Of a DNA stretch of 64,000 bases, positions 23,542 to 36,875 are shown one piece after another (within the stretch, counting starts at the first letter, position 1; each line of letters starts with the position of its first letter). The position numbers were made by a program, and so were the translations under genes. Under the pieces are notes generated by a model. The model was not told the origin of the DNA. It did no database searches and was given only the letters and a program-made list of their open reading frames with translations. Source of the stretch: Eledone cirrhosa (taxonomy: Eukaryota); the NCBI GenBank assembly GCA_964016885.1, contig OZ024742.1, positions 134,602,001 through 134,666,000 of the forward strand, given 5' to 3'.

Positions 23542-26300
23542 ATGATGGAGACATTCTCGGTTAACTCTTCGCTTAAGGACATGCCTTTGCCTAACATAAA
23601 GGAATTCACAAGTCTGGCCATAGGTAAATCGGACTCCTTTGTCCGGAGAATGCGCTGGAAGGCCTTCCACTTCGACAGAGGAACACCAACAAACCACTCC
23701 AGGGTGGGAACGCGCGGCATCGAATAAATATTCAAATCCAGAAGAAACCCACCGCCCAATAAGTACCTGGAAGAATTCGAGACTGAAATGTCTAATATAG
23801 TGTCCAACCTTAAGTTTAGCAAAAACCTACTCAGGAGAAAAAGCTACCTAAGACGACTGACTGGTGATCTAGGAAAATTAAAGAACTCGACCGGCATTTT
23901 GGTGCACGCAGATAAAACTTACAACCTGTACGATATGGATAGAGTAACCTATGACGATTTGATAATCAGAGAACTTAGAAAAAGCTACAAAAAAACTACA
24001 CGGGCCAACCTGGATTTATCAACACGGAGGCCAATTGAGTCATTACTAAACTGGGTATTTAAGATAAAATCGAACCCATCCATCCTAGAACTCCGAGGAT
24101 TTTGTTGAAAGACCACAAATTAAACTTTGAATCATCAAAACCTGTCAGGCTGATAGCTCCTTCGAATTTGGAAGAGGAATCGTGTGTAAAAACATCCTTG
24201 ATAAAATAATCCCCACTCTAGTTAGGAGATCGAAGCTTAAATTGTGATCAGGAACTAGTGAAGTAATTAACTGATTTGAGAAATCGCAGAATAAGAATAG
24301 CACTAAATTTATACAATTCGATATCTCTAATTACTACTCTTCGATCTCTCCAACTCTTCTATGTAGGGCCCTAAACTTTGCTAGCTTACACACCGACCTT
24401 ACATCTGAAGAAATTAACATTATTCTCCTAGCTAGGAAAACCTTAATTGAGTTCAACGGTGACTTGTGGACGAGGGAGGATTGACCAGATAATTTCGACA
24501 TCACCATGGGATCCACGGACTCGGCCCAGGTGACGGATCTGGTGGGCCTTCACTTCCTCGACTGTCTCGGAGTCGAAATGCCCAAATTGGGACGCGGCGC
24601 TTACCGTGACGACGTTTTGTTTAATGTGTCGTTCCATAATAATAGTATGGTAGAGTGGCTGAGGAAAAAACTAAGCAAATTCTTCAAGAACATAGACCTG
24701 AGGATAGTATTTGAATATAACTTAAAGATAGTTAATTTTATAGATGTTACACTTAACCTCAATTCAGGACTCTTCCAACCCTACCATAAACCAAACGAGA
24801 TTTGATACTATGTCAACGCAAAACCGAACCACTCTAAAATAGTCACTAACGGTATTACCAAAAGCGTCTCTAGTAGAATTTCAGGACTATCTTCCAATGA
24901 AGATAACTTTAATACGATCTCGAATTACTATAATAGCGCCCTGGAACGCGCGGGGCATAGCGAGGAAATCTCATTCAACGTCCATCAAATAGTAGTAGCA
25001 ACATTGCCTGCGGTAGCTTAGGCCAAAATAGTGACACTTTAGTTAACAGCAGGTGGGATACGAGGGAGGATCAATATAGACTTCATGTTTTATTGCCTCC
25101 TAGTCCCAATGTTGTTGGTGCCAATGAAAACAACTATCCAGGTACTAACACGGGGTCTGAGCACCGTAGTGCCAGCGGAAACTCTAATTGTAACCTTTAT
25201 TGTAGAACTGATAAGACAACCGTTGAACGTAAAGTGGAACGAGTGTCGAGTAACGGGAATAGTGATAGGTGTAGCAGACGCATAGCGGATATAACCCTGG
25301 CTATCGAGGGTAATCTCAATGGCTGCACGGGGGATACACCGACCTGGAGACTTGGGACGATTCTCAACACAATCGGGAGACCCCAGTACACCATCGACCC
25401 ACAGGCAGTTTTCAGTTATAATAGACCAGTAGCCACTAAGGAGACAGTTAATTTTAATATAGTTAGTAAGAACAAGAGGCATCGGACCAGAAAAATCCTG
25501 TGGTATAAACCTCCTTACTCCACTGGCCTGACCACTAGTTAGCTAAGTTTTTCTTAAGAGCCTTAGACAAATGCTTCCCGAGATCACACATATACTATGA
25601 AATATTCAATAGGAATACCATCAAGCTGTCCTACTCCACAACCAGTAACATAGCTCAGAATATAGCTAAGATGAATTATAGAAGACTTAGGACAGCCCAA
25701 GGGGGGACTAGACATGGCAGAACTAATGGCAGCTCTATGGATGAACGGACTCATACACGTGAGGCGAGTCAGGTCACCCCAACCCTTGTGAACTTACCCA
25801 TAGAGCAGACAAGAACTGACACCCGACCCCAGAGGTACCGTGGTTCCTCTGGAACAACCAATGTCGATAACAGAAAATGTAATTGCAGGAACACCGCCAT
25901 TTGCCCCATGGCTGGGAAATGCTTCACCAAGAACATAGTCTACGACTGTAAGCCCTCCACTCTTGATAGAACCTTCAGGTATGTTGGGGCAACTGCCACT
26001 GAATATAAAGATAGATATAACCACCGCCATACCTTTAATAGATTAGATAAAATAAATAGCACGGTGCTTTCTGAATCAGTCTGGAAGTTTATACAACAGA
26101 ATATATAGAACTCCTTATCCTGGTCTATAATTTGCTCAGCCCAGCCTTATAACGGCAGCACTAGCGTCTGTAATTTGTGTATAGCTGAAACCTTTAAAAT
26201 TATTAGAAGCGGCTACCTATTAATTAATAGGAGAGCGAATTTTCTCAGCAACTGCCAACGTAGAACCTCGAAAACCTTCCGCCGGATTTTTGGAAAGTAA
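23542..26300 (+). pseudogene. PLE polyprotein: reverse transcriptase + GIY-YIG endonuclease, with stops and frameshifts
   Basis: RRMRWKA, ADKTYNLY, FIQFDISNYYSSI, FDITMGSTDSAQVTDLVG, YRDD, NFIDVTLNL, ILWYKPPYS, CNCRNTAICPMAGKC, NIVY...YVG, CNLCIAE. Confidence 0.92.
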
Positions 26301-27728
26301 CCTACCCCTAACCCCTCCCTCTCTACTTTAGCCATAGTGTTCTCACAATAAACAGACAATCACAGACTCAGGTAGTTAGACGGCTAAGATCGTTTGCACA
26401 CTTACAAACGGTACTCGGCCTGTTTCCACTGAGTTCTCACAGCTGAGTGCACTTTAGAATACCTAGTTAGTAAATAGTTAGAATGATTACACACTCGGAA
26501 TACCTAGTTAGTAAATGATTACACACTCAGGCAAGACCGATTACGCGCATTTACCTTTACTTTAAGATACCCTAACCATTAAGTTCTATCGGTTGGGATT
26601 TTGCTTGACGTATTGCACACTCAGTTAAGACCTATTACGCTCTCTATACATAAATGTACATAGATTACCCTTTTTATTTAGACATTAAGTTCCCACAGGT
26701 ACGACTGGTCACGCTCCTACCGATTGAACACTACACTGGGTTTTGATCATCTAACCATGGAGTGCTAACAGTTACGGATTGAACAGTAATACTTACACAC
26801 CATTAATGGGCCTACACACATTCTCTAGGTTTTGCTATGCTTTGTTATTTTACTTTAATTTTTGTGTTGGATAACACACCTCCACCTCTGAAACACCTAT
26901 CTTAAAAGTCCAAGGGCTCATATGACGGGAAATCACGCTTACTGACACATTAACACAAATACCCAACCCTACATGGAGCCCCTTGCTGGCCTACATATCG
27001 GTTGCTTGCACGCACAGATTTGGCGACTCGGATTCACATTGGGACAGCGGTATATACTGAGTTCGATATGAGCTGATTGCTTGCTCTTCACATGGATGTG
27101 TGTATACCTAGACACACAATTTTTGGGACGATACGGATGTGTATATACCACAACATACACTATTTGGAGATACGGATGTTACAATTCAATCTATACACGT
27201 ATAGCGGAACACTGAACTGAACTTACTTGCTTGCGTGTGTATGTGTGTGTGTATGGGGATCTGGTTGACCCAATATTTCCAATTTGCATCATCAAATTGA
27301 GATTTAACCAATGTAGCATTTGTTGTTTTGTAAACTAAATTTCGGTGAATGCTATGTTGGTATATTCTTATATTTATTGTTTTTTCTTTGACATCGCTTC
27401 GGTGTGTGTGAGAGTGTGTGTGTACCCACTCACACTAATTGTGACCGTCTATAGTTCTACAGATTTGATACTGTGTCTATATATTTTTTTTCTTTGGCCT
27501 CGTGTCGGTGTGTGTGGGTTTGAGTGTGTCTATACCCACTCACATTAACTTTGACCGACTGTATTTCTACAGATTTGATTGATGTCAAGCGTCTTTTGCA
27601 GCTATTGAGATATAAAAAAACTTGTTGGTTTTATGACCTTAACTGAAGTTGATAGCAATCGCCGCATTTTGACTGATTGAGCTTCATATGAGGGAATACA
27701 CTTTACTCCTTCATTTTCTCCTTCATTC

Positions 27729-27769
27729 TCACCTGATGAAATCAGTGATAATTGAAAGATGTGTCGTGA
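27729..27769 (+). ncRNA. Hammerhead ribozyme motif in the 3' pseudo-LTR
   Basis: tcac-CTGATGA-aat-cagtgata-att-GAAAG-atgt-GTC-gtga (GAAAC mutated to GAAAG). Confidence 0.7.
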
Positions 27770-27817
27770 TTAAAATGATTGGAAGTGTTACCTTGCCTTC
27801 GGATTTTCATTTTGATA

Positions 27818-27853
<36 letters not shown>

Positions 27854-27883
27854 AATTAATTCTATCTATCTATCTGTCAATTA

Positions 27884-27957
<74 letters not shown>

Positions 27958-28345
27958 TAATTGACAAAGGGAAGATATGACTTCCTAATGTAAATAAGGC
28001 AAAATGAAAAATGACACCTCCCCATCCACAAGCACGCACACATCGAACTACACCCCACCCCACGCACATACTTTTTCCTGAACATGGAAACTCGTTCTTC
28101 CCCCAACTCTCACATTCACATACACACGCACACAAACACCACCTTCAGCCCTCCCTCTGTCTACTCGAGCCGCCACCACCCCACACACCTCACACCATTC
28201 CACCACTTGTTTATCTTTATGTTTATTTTTATTTTCTATTTTTATTTGAACCCCTCCACCGTTGTTTCTCTCCCCCTTTTTTTCTAAATATCTCTCCACC
28301 ACTCCCCCACACACCCTCGGAACTCTCTCTCTACCCACTTTTCTC

Positions 28346-28373
28346 CTGAAGAAGGGCTTATACCTGAAACGTC
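28346..28373 (+). ncRNA. Minimal hammerhead core, stem I decayed
   Basis: CTGAAGA-agg-gcttata-cct-GAAAC-GTC, inside a ~490-bp segment bounded by (TA)n tracts. Confidence 0.55.
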
Positions 28374-28464
28374 GTTCCCCACCCCCACCCCACTCTCAAG
28401 AGCGTGAACCTATTAAATTTTGTTTGTACTGCCTCTCTGTTTTTGTTCCCGTCCAAGTTTTCAC

Positions 28465-28536
<72 letters not shown>

Positions 28537-29346
28537 CACTATAATATATGAACCCTATAATTAATTAAGCTGACCTACCTGGTGATTTCTTATGAATGAA
28601 AGACTTTTAGTCATAATACGGGAGGCGACCACTGTCAAAACAGTCTGTTCGGACGTATTTTTTGCTCGCTCCCAGTAAGTCGCATTATTTACCTGTTATA
28701 ATTATTTGTTGTTAATTTTTTTTTGTTGTTTAAGGAATATAAGCCCTTGGGATCTGCCCTGTGAAGGGGAAAGTATAATATGAACATTTTACTTTTAAAA
28801 ATAAAAAAAAAACATTGCTGAGCCACGCCCATCAGCAATATGTCTGCTGCCATGTGACAACAGCGTAAAAGTTGAGAGGAGGGCTACAGAAATTGATAAA
28901 ACAAACAACACCACAAACAACGTGACCAAAGACAACAACACTGAAAACAATAATTTAAAAAAAAATTACCACACCAACTACAACAATAACAGCGACAACC
29001 AAAATACAGACAACAGAAAAAAATGACAACAAATGCAACAACGATATGAACACTAATAAAAAAAATAAACAACACCAACAGCAACAATACAAATTGCACC
29101 GAAAACAACAACAACGGTGGCACCAAAACTACAACCAACTACAACAGTGATAAAAGCAACAACACCAACAACACCGTTTGTAGCAGTAGCAACAGCAACA
29201 GCAACAAGACCAGTAGCAGCAGTAGCGGCAGCAATAATGGTGCCTGTTTACACGACCAAAACCCATTTTGTATTGTCCTGAACCGTTCTGTGCCGCCTCT
29301 AATGATTTTCTTCGTGCTAGCCCTTGCGGCCAATAAAGAAACCATT

Positions 29347-29523
29347 TTGGCAGTATCGGTAGAGGGTCGGACGCCTGGCTTTTCAGCACAGTTAAGTCCC
29401 TTTACGGTCTGAGTTCAAATCCCGCCGAGGTTGACTTTGCCTTTCATCCTTACGGGATAGATAAAATAATGTACCAGTAATGCACTGAGGATTGCTGGCC
29501 TTGTGCCAAAAATAGAAACAATT
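29347..29523 (+). mobile_element. SINE family A; tail runs into (ATT)n
   Basis: B-box, core, tail gaaacaattattatt. Confidence 0.9.
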
Positions 29524-29540
29524 ATTATTATTATTATTGT

Positions 29541-30221
29541 TCTTTGAGTCTCAGTCATTGATGTTATTTAACTGGAAAGTTTGATGAAATGAATATCAGC
29601 CAATTACCTGTAGCCTCAGATATTCAGGACGTATCGGAGGGTTCTTGCTGTTCCCAGCAAGCATGACTTTTGAAGTGTTCCAAAAAGCGGGGCTGGACTA
29701 ATTTTCTTTAACCATCCTTGGAAACTCTTTGAGATAGTACCTAGTACGCCTATGGCAATCGGGACAACTTTGACTTCATGGCAGTTCCAAATCCTTTTTA
29801 CCTACCACTTAAAATCTTGGTATCAATTAAATTTTCTCCCTCTACTTCTCTTGCACTCTCGTGTCGAAAGGGCAGGCTACATCTACAATCAGGCACGATC
29901 TTTTTTCTTGTCCAAAACCACCAGGTCAGGTCTATTGTGTTCCAGTTTCTTGTCCGTCTGTATCTTAAAATCCCACAGCACCTTCACCTAATAGTTTTCT
30001 ATCACCGCCTCTGGCTTATGCTCATACCACTTCTCAGATTGTGCTAAATTGTTTACTTTGCATAGATGCCAGTGGATCACCCTGCCCATCACATCATGTC
30101 TCCAACCTTTATAATGAGTTTGGGCTAGGTGTTTACACTCGGATACAATGTGAGCCACAGTCTTCTCTCTCTCCCCAACGATCCTGCACAGTGGGCTAGC
30201 CTCCTCCTTGTAAATACGGTG

Positions 30222-30223
<2 letters not shown>
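29541..30223 (-). mobile_element. R4/Dong-like non-LTR retrotransposon, 5'-truncated copy A
   Basis: CCHC zinc finger, restriction-like endonuclease (RPDL...CPFD...IGVLG) and 3' UTR; (TAA)n on both sides. Confidence 0.88.
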
Positions 30224-30264
<41 letters not shown>

Positions 30265-30277
30265 GTAATATTATTAT

Positions 30278-31375
30278 TCTTTGAGTCTCAGTCATTCATG
30301 TTAGTTCACTGGACAGTTTGACGAAATGAATATCAAGCCACTACCTGTAGCCTCAGATATTCAGGACGTGTCGGAGGGTTCTTGCTGTTCCCAGCAAGCA
30401 TGCCTTTTGAAGCGTTCCAAAAAGCGCGAAGGGGCCAATTTTCTTTAACCATCCCTGGAAACATTTTGAGATAGTACCTAGTGCGCCTATGACAATCGGG
30501 ACCACTTTGACTTCATGGCAGTTCCAAATCCTTTTTAGCTCCCACTTTAAGTCCTGGTATCGGTTAATTTTCTCCCTCTCCTTCTCTTGCACTCTCGTGT
30601 CGAATGGGCAGGCCACATCCACAATCAGGCACGATCTTTTTTTTTGTCAACAACCACCAGGTCAGGTCTATTGTGTTCAAGTTTCTTGTCCGTCTGTATC
30701 CTAAAATCCCACAGCACCTTCACCTGATCGTTTCTATCACCAACTCTGGCTTATGCTCATACCACTTCTCAGAATGTGGTAAATTGTTTACTTTGCATGG
30801 GTGCCAGTGGATCGCCCTGCCCATCACATCATGTCACCAGCCCTTATAGTGAATCTGGGCTAGGTGTTTACACTCGGATACAATGTGAGCCACAGTCTCC
30901 TCTCTCTCTCTCCACAGACCCTGCACAGTGGGCTAGCTTCCTCCTTGTAAATATGGTGTTTCAATCACTTCGTTTTGAGGGACTGCTCTTGCGCAGCCAT
31001 TAACATTCCTTCTGTAGCCTTTTTAAGGTCTTCTCTTTTCAACCAGTTCCATGTCTGTGGATCTCTGAATTCAGTTTTCTCAAAGAAGGTACTATGAAAG
31101 GATTTTTCCTGAAGGCTGCTCTTTCTCTTTGATGTTATTTCCTCCTTGGACATCCCCTGGTCTATTGTCCTCTCCTTCAGTACAGTTCTGAGCATTAGCT
31201 CCTTACTATCAGTCACGTATTTGTGTAGGTTGTTTTTCTCCATCTGAACAGAGTCCTCTATGCTGATAAGACCTCTTCCAAATTCAGAACTCCTTAAGTA
31301 GAGTCTATCGACATCACTCCTCTTGTGGAACATGTTGTAGATAGTCAATCGCTTCCTAGTCTTCCTATCCAATTC

Positions 31376-31380
<5 letters not shown>
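30278..31380 (-). mobile_element. R4/Dong-like copy B
   Basis: DRKTRK..DVDRLYL..GRGL, MAAQEQSL, DVACPFD..KE.EKINRYQDL..VPIVIGALG. Confidence 0.9.
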
Positions 31381-31434
<54 letters not shown>

Positions 31435-31441
31435 GTTATTA

Positions 31442-32540
31442 CTCTTTGAGTCTCAGTCATTGATGTTAGTTAACTGGAAAGTTTGTTGAGATGAACATGA
31501 AGCCACTACCTGCAGCCTCAGATATTCAGGACGTATCGGAGGGTTCTTGCTGTTCCCAGCAAGCATGCCTTTTGAAGCGTTCCAAAAAGCGTGAAGGGGC
31601 CAATTTTATTTAACCATCCCTGGAAACATTTTGAGATAGTACCTAGTGCGCCTATGACAATCGGGACCACTTTGACTTCATGGCAGTTCCAAATCCTTTT
31701 TAGCTCCCACTTTAAGTCCTGGTATCGGTTAATTTTCTCCCTCTCCTTCTCTTGCACTCTCGTGTCGAATGGGCAGGCCACATCCACAATCAGGCACGAT
31801 CTTTTTTTCTTTGTCCAAAACCACCAGGTCAGGTCTATTGTGTTCAAGTTAATTGTCCGTCTGTATCCTAAAATCCCACAGCACCTTCACCTGATCGTTT
31901 CTATCACCAACTCTGGCTTATGCTCATACCACTTCTCAGAATGTGGTAAATTGTTTACTTTGCATAGGTGCCAGTGGATCGCCCTGCCCATCACATCATG
32001 TCACCAGCCCTTATAGTGAATCTGGGCTAGGTGATTACACTCGGATACAATGTGAGCCACATTCTCCTCTCTCTCTCCACAGACCCTGCACAGTGGGCTA
32101 GCTTCCTCCTTGTAAATATGGTGTTTCAATCACTTCGTTTTGAGGGACTGCTCTTGCGCAGCCATTAACATTCCTTCTGTAGCCTTTTTAAGGTCTTCTC
32201 TTTTCAACCAGTTCCATGTCTGTGGATCTCTGAATTCAGTTTTCTCAAAGAAGGTACTATGAAAGGATTTTTCCTGAAGGCTGCTCTTTCTCTTTGATGT
32301 TATTTCCTCCTTGGACATCCCCTGGTCTATTGTCCTCTCCTTCAGTACAGTTCTGAGCATTAGCTCCTTACTATCAGTCACGTATTTGTGTAGGTTGTTT
32401 TTCTCCATCTGAACAGAGTCCTCTATGCTGATAAGACCTCTTCCAAATTCAGAACTCCTTAAGTAGAGTCTATCGACATCACTCCTCTTGTGGAACATGT
32501 TGTAGATAGTCAATAGCTTCCTAGTCTTCCTATCCAATTC

Positions 32541-32545
<5 letters not shown>
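31442..32545 (-). mobile_element. R4/Dong-like copy C (apparent B/D chimera)
   Basis: Same 5' truncation point as B; 3' UTR identical to D. Confidence 0.9.
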
Positions 32546-32590
<45 letters not shown>

Positions 32591-32597
32591 GTTATTA

Positions 32598-34576
32598 CTC
32601 TTTGAGTCTCAGTCATTGATGTTAGTTAACTGGAAAGTTTGTTGAGATGAACATGAAGCCACTACCTGCAGCCTCAGATATTCAGGACGTATCGGAGGGT
32701 TCTTGCTGTTCCCAGCAAGCATGCCTTTTGAAGCGTTCCAAAAAGCGTGAAGGGGCCAATTTTCTTTAACCATCCCTGGAAACATTTTGAGATAGTACCT
32801 AGTGCGCCTATGACAATCGGGACAACTTTGACGTCATGGCAGTTCCAAATCCTTTTTAGCTCCCACTTTAAGTCCTGGTATCGGTTAATTTTCTCCCTCT
32901 CCTTCTCTTGCACTCTCGTGTCGAATGGGCAGGCCACTTCCACAATCAGGCACGATCTTTTTTTCTTTGTCCAAAACCGCCAGGTCAGGTCTATTGTGTT
33001 CCAGTTTCTTGTTCGTCTGTATCTTAAAATCCCACAGCACCTTCACCTGATCGTTTTCTATCACCGCCTCTGGCTTATGCTCATACCACTTCTCAGAATG
33101 TGGTAAATTGTTACTTTGCATAGGTGCCAGTGGATCACTCTGCCCATCACATCATGTCTCCAGCCCTTATAGTGAGTCTGGGCTAGGTGTTTACACTCGG
33201 AAACAATGTGAGCCTCAGTCTCCTCTCTCTCTCTCCACAGATCCTGCACAGTGGGCTAGCCTCCTCCTTGTAAATGTGGTGTTTCAACCACTTCGTTTGT
33301 GGGCCTGATCCTGCGCAGCCATTAACATTCCTTCTGTAGTCTTTTTAAGGTCTTCTCTTTTCAACCAGTTCCATGTCTGTGGATCTCTTAATTCAGTTTT
33401 CTCAAAGAAGGTACTATGAAGGGATTTTTCCTGAAGGTTGCTCTTTCTCCTTGATGTTATTTCATCCTTGGACATCCCCTGGCCTATTGTCCCCTCCTTC
33501 AGTACAGCTTTGAGCATTGGCTCCTTACTATCAGTCACTTATTTGTGTAGGTTGTTTTTCTCCATCTGAACACAGTCCTCTATGCTGATAAGACCTCTTC
33601 CACCCTCAGATCTCCTTAAGTAGAGTCTATCGACATCACTCCTCTTGTGGAACATATTGTAGATAGTCAATAGCTTCCTAGTCTTCCTATCCATTTCTTT
33701 ATGTTCAGCAACATTCCATCTCAGAATTTCCGCACTGTACCTAATAATAGACACAGCTCGGATATTTACTGCACTTATGGCATTCCTACTGTTCAGATGG
33801 GACTTTAATACGCTCCTTACTCTCCGAAGGTATTCAGTTCTTATCAATTCCTTCATTTTTTTGTTCTTGATATCATCAGCCTACTGAACGCCCAAATACT
33901 TGTATCCTTCTTCAGAGTCAATTTCTTTTATCATCTCACCTGTTGGTATCTGGATTCCGTTACTTCTGCTCAACTTACCCCTCCTCATCACAACGACTCC
34001 ACACTTACTAATACAAAATTGCATACATATATCATTGCTGATAATACGGACAGTGTCAACAAGCACATCCAACTCCTTCTCACTCTTCCCGAAGAGCTTA
34101 AGATCGTCCATGAAGAGGAGGTGATTGATGGTAAGCCCTCCTTTTCCCAACTTGTATCCTGCTCTCACTTTTCGCAGTACACTGGTCAGGGGCATCAGGG
34201 CAAGGACAAACAACAGAGGGGACAGACTATCTCCCTGGAAGATACCTCTCTTGATCTTCACGCTTCCCAAGGATTCTCCAGTTGATGTTAACTCTGTTTC
34301 CCAGGACTTCATACTTTTGCCCAACAACTGCCTGATGTTATCTGCCACCTTGAAGATCTCCAGGCTTTTGGTGATCCAAGAATGAGGCACCATGTCAAAT
34401 GCCTTTTTGTAGTCTATCCATCCCATGGCAAGACCAGTGTGTCTCCTCTGGCAATTCCTCATTACCATCTTATCAATAAGTAACTGGTCCTTTGTACCAC
34501 GTGACTTCTTTCGGCATCCTTTCTGTTAGTTCGGTAACAAGTTGTTTGTGTGGAGGTGATGGTAGATTTCCTCAGA

Positions 34577-34577
<1 letters not shown>
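32598..34577 (-). mobile_element. R4/Dong-like copy D, including most of the RT, with stops
   Basis: [45 protein letters not shown], followed by CCHC and RLE domains. Confidence 0.92.

Positions 34578-34646
<69 letters not shown>
34578..34646. repeat. (ATT)n tract between Dong copy D and the Tx1-like element
   Basis: Direct reading. Confidence 0.95.
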
Positions 34647-34856
34647 GGCGGCCTACGTAGTAAATCGTATCATCGTGAGCTCCGCAAAGGTTTGTTATTT
34701 CCGTTTGTTAAAAATTGCCATTTATGGAAAATTTTGATTGTTAACTATATATAAGCGCACATACATTGTTTTCCGAAAAGGACACCCAAAAAGATTAGGG
34801 CCTTGTGCCCAAATTTTAAACTTTTATGATTATCAAAAAATTTCTTTGAAAAAAAA

Positions 34857-36836
34857 ATGGCTAATTCACCACTGCACCAAGCAACTGAAAGCCTTTCTCA
34901 CAAATTAACACCTCACACCGACACCACCATTGTAAATATTACTACGTTTGCCAACACAAAAAATTTAAGCAGTATAAATATTTTAAATTTGTCTCAGGCA
35001 GACATTCATTTCCCGCCATTACCAATGACTGCAGGTGTTAAAGCCGCCACCACCATCACCACCGCGACAACCACCACCCCCACCACCACCGAGACAACAG
35101 AAAAAAAAAGAAGAAAAAAAAAATTAACTCGTGATGTCGAAATGAATTCAAGCAAAATGGACTCTTCCCCACCGAACACAACTGACGTCACCACCACCAC
35201 AACTGAAACTAAAATTAATAATAACAAAAATAACGATAACAGCACCAGCAACAATGACTTTAAAAAATCCACCCTGAGTTTTGCCAGAGTAGCAAAACAG
35301 TGCGAAGCATTTCAGGTAACTCAGGAGGAATTAGAAAATGCCAAAAAAATGGTAAAGAAAGATGGGTACAGGGTCAGCCCCCCTCCCCCACCCCGCCTAC
35401 ACACACACACCTAATAAAATGGAGCATCGGCGCCTATTCACCGTGTCGTATCGAACAATTAATGTAAAATCGCGCCGAGTGGAACGGGCATCCGAGTCCC
35501 AAATCCAAGAACTTTGGGACATGTGTGGGCAAGAAACACCCATATCAGACGTGGGCAGAAGTATAGAACCGTGGACGTGTTCTTTGAAACACCAGAGGAG
35601 GCTAGAGAACACTCCATTGCCCCATTAAGAAGTGACGATTTCACACTCGTCCCAAGCTATTGTGGCCAGAGACTCGTAAAGATCAGGGTGACCCACATTC
35701 CACCAGCCATCGAAATTCCCTGGCTAATAGCGGCCGTCCTCGCCGGCATCGAAGCCAACACAAAGATAATAGCAATAGCAAAAGAAAAGCAGGAGAATTG
35801 GTCCGGAGCTGGGATGGAGCTCCTGATCCAAGCGGACCAAAAAAGCATTGAGGAGATCCCAGAGGTAATAGACCTCACTGACGGCAGCCACCTCACCGTA
35901 ATTGTCGAGGGCAGAAGGCCCAGGTTTGTCGCTTGTGGTGATGGAACCCACCTAAGGGCTTTCTGCCCTCAGGCTAAAAGGTTGAGGCCACCTCTCCTAC
36001 CCACCCCAGTCCTCAACCATCAACACCACCAGTAGCAGAGATGCCAGCAACAAATGTAGCAGCAACAACAGAAGCAACTATAACAGCAACAACCCCAGCA
36101 ACAGTAGCAAAACCAACACCACCACCACACAACGCTTCAGAACTAGCACCAGCGGCTACACCATCCACCACGCCACAACCGAAACTAACGCCTGTGAAGG
36201 ATTTTCCACTCCCCGGCTTTTCACAACTGGAGACAGATTGTGACGACGAGGAGTGGGAAAGGGTATCAGGAAAAAAGAAAAGAAGAAACCAAAAAAGAAA
36301 AAAATTCTCTTCCTTCCGCCTCCAAAAACAAAATACAGAGGGAAACAAATAAATTAACAAACAAAAAAGTTAGGACAGATATGCCACCATCCACACCAGC
36401 ATCACCAACCCCATCACCCCAAACACCAACACCATCACCATCACTAACCCCAACACCACCATCACCTACGCCACAAAAGTCACCAAAATGCGAAACAGAA
36501 ACAAGCCCACAACAAGCGCAAACAAAACAAAACAACCAAAACGATACACACTACACAGCATTAAATTTGAACAACAACCAATTATTACACTACATTCAAC
36601 ACAACACCAGAATCACAGAAAAAGACTACACAACAACCCAAAAATTCACACCACCTCCACACATACAAATCACTCGCATCACACAGAAAACGTACATGAC
36701 ACTAAAACAAAAATTCCCAAAGACATCGGAGATTTCCGACACGCACTCTCCAGGAGGATTTATAAGGACATCCTTCCTGAGGAGGCCACAAGCAGTGAAA
36801 AGGATGGGAAAACCGTCCTTCCTCTACGAGAAGTAA
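34857..36836 (+). pseudogene. Tx1-like ORF1 (Thr/Pro-rich, RRM-like region, degenerate CCHC knuckle), frameshifted
   Basis: SFARVA; RTVDVFFETPEEA; VEGRRPRFVACGDGTHLRAFCP; EWERVSGKKKRR. Confidence 0.75.
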
Positions 36837-36875
36837 GGTAAGTGGTCTTTCCCATCTTTTCCACTCCATTTCAAC

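Larger units (their letters stand above)
22698..27817 (+). mobile_element. Penelope-like retroelement with inverted pseudo-LTR flanks
   Basis: 22698-23495 is the reverse complement of 27092-27817. The flanks enclose a disrupted RT + GIY-YIG ORF, and both contain a hammerhead motif. Confidence 0.92.

Noticed and set aside
24244-24810. Several in-frame TGA codons in the PLE RT, suggesting recoding or selenocysteine
   Set aside because: Two fall at expected Trp positions (TGG to TGA), and the ORF also has TAA/TAG stops and frameshifts, so ordinary decay explains them.
29521-34646. Repeat-spacer periodicity resembling a CRISPR array or a tandem gene cluster
   Set aside because: The short repeats are (ATT)n and the long units are homologous truncated retrotransposons.
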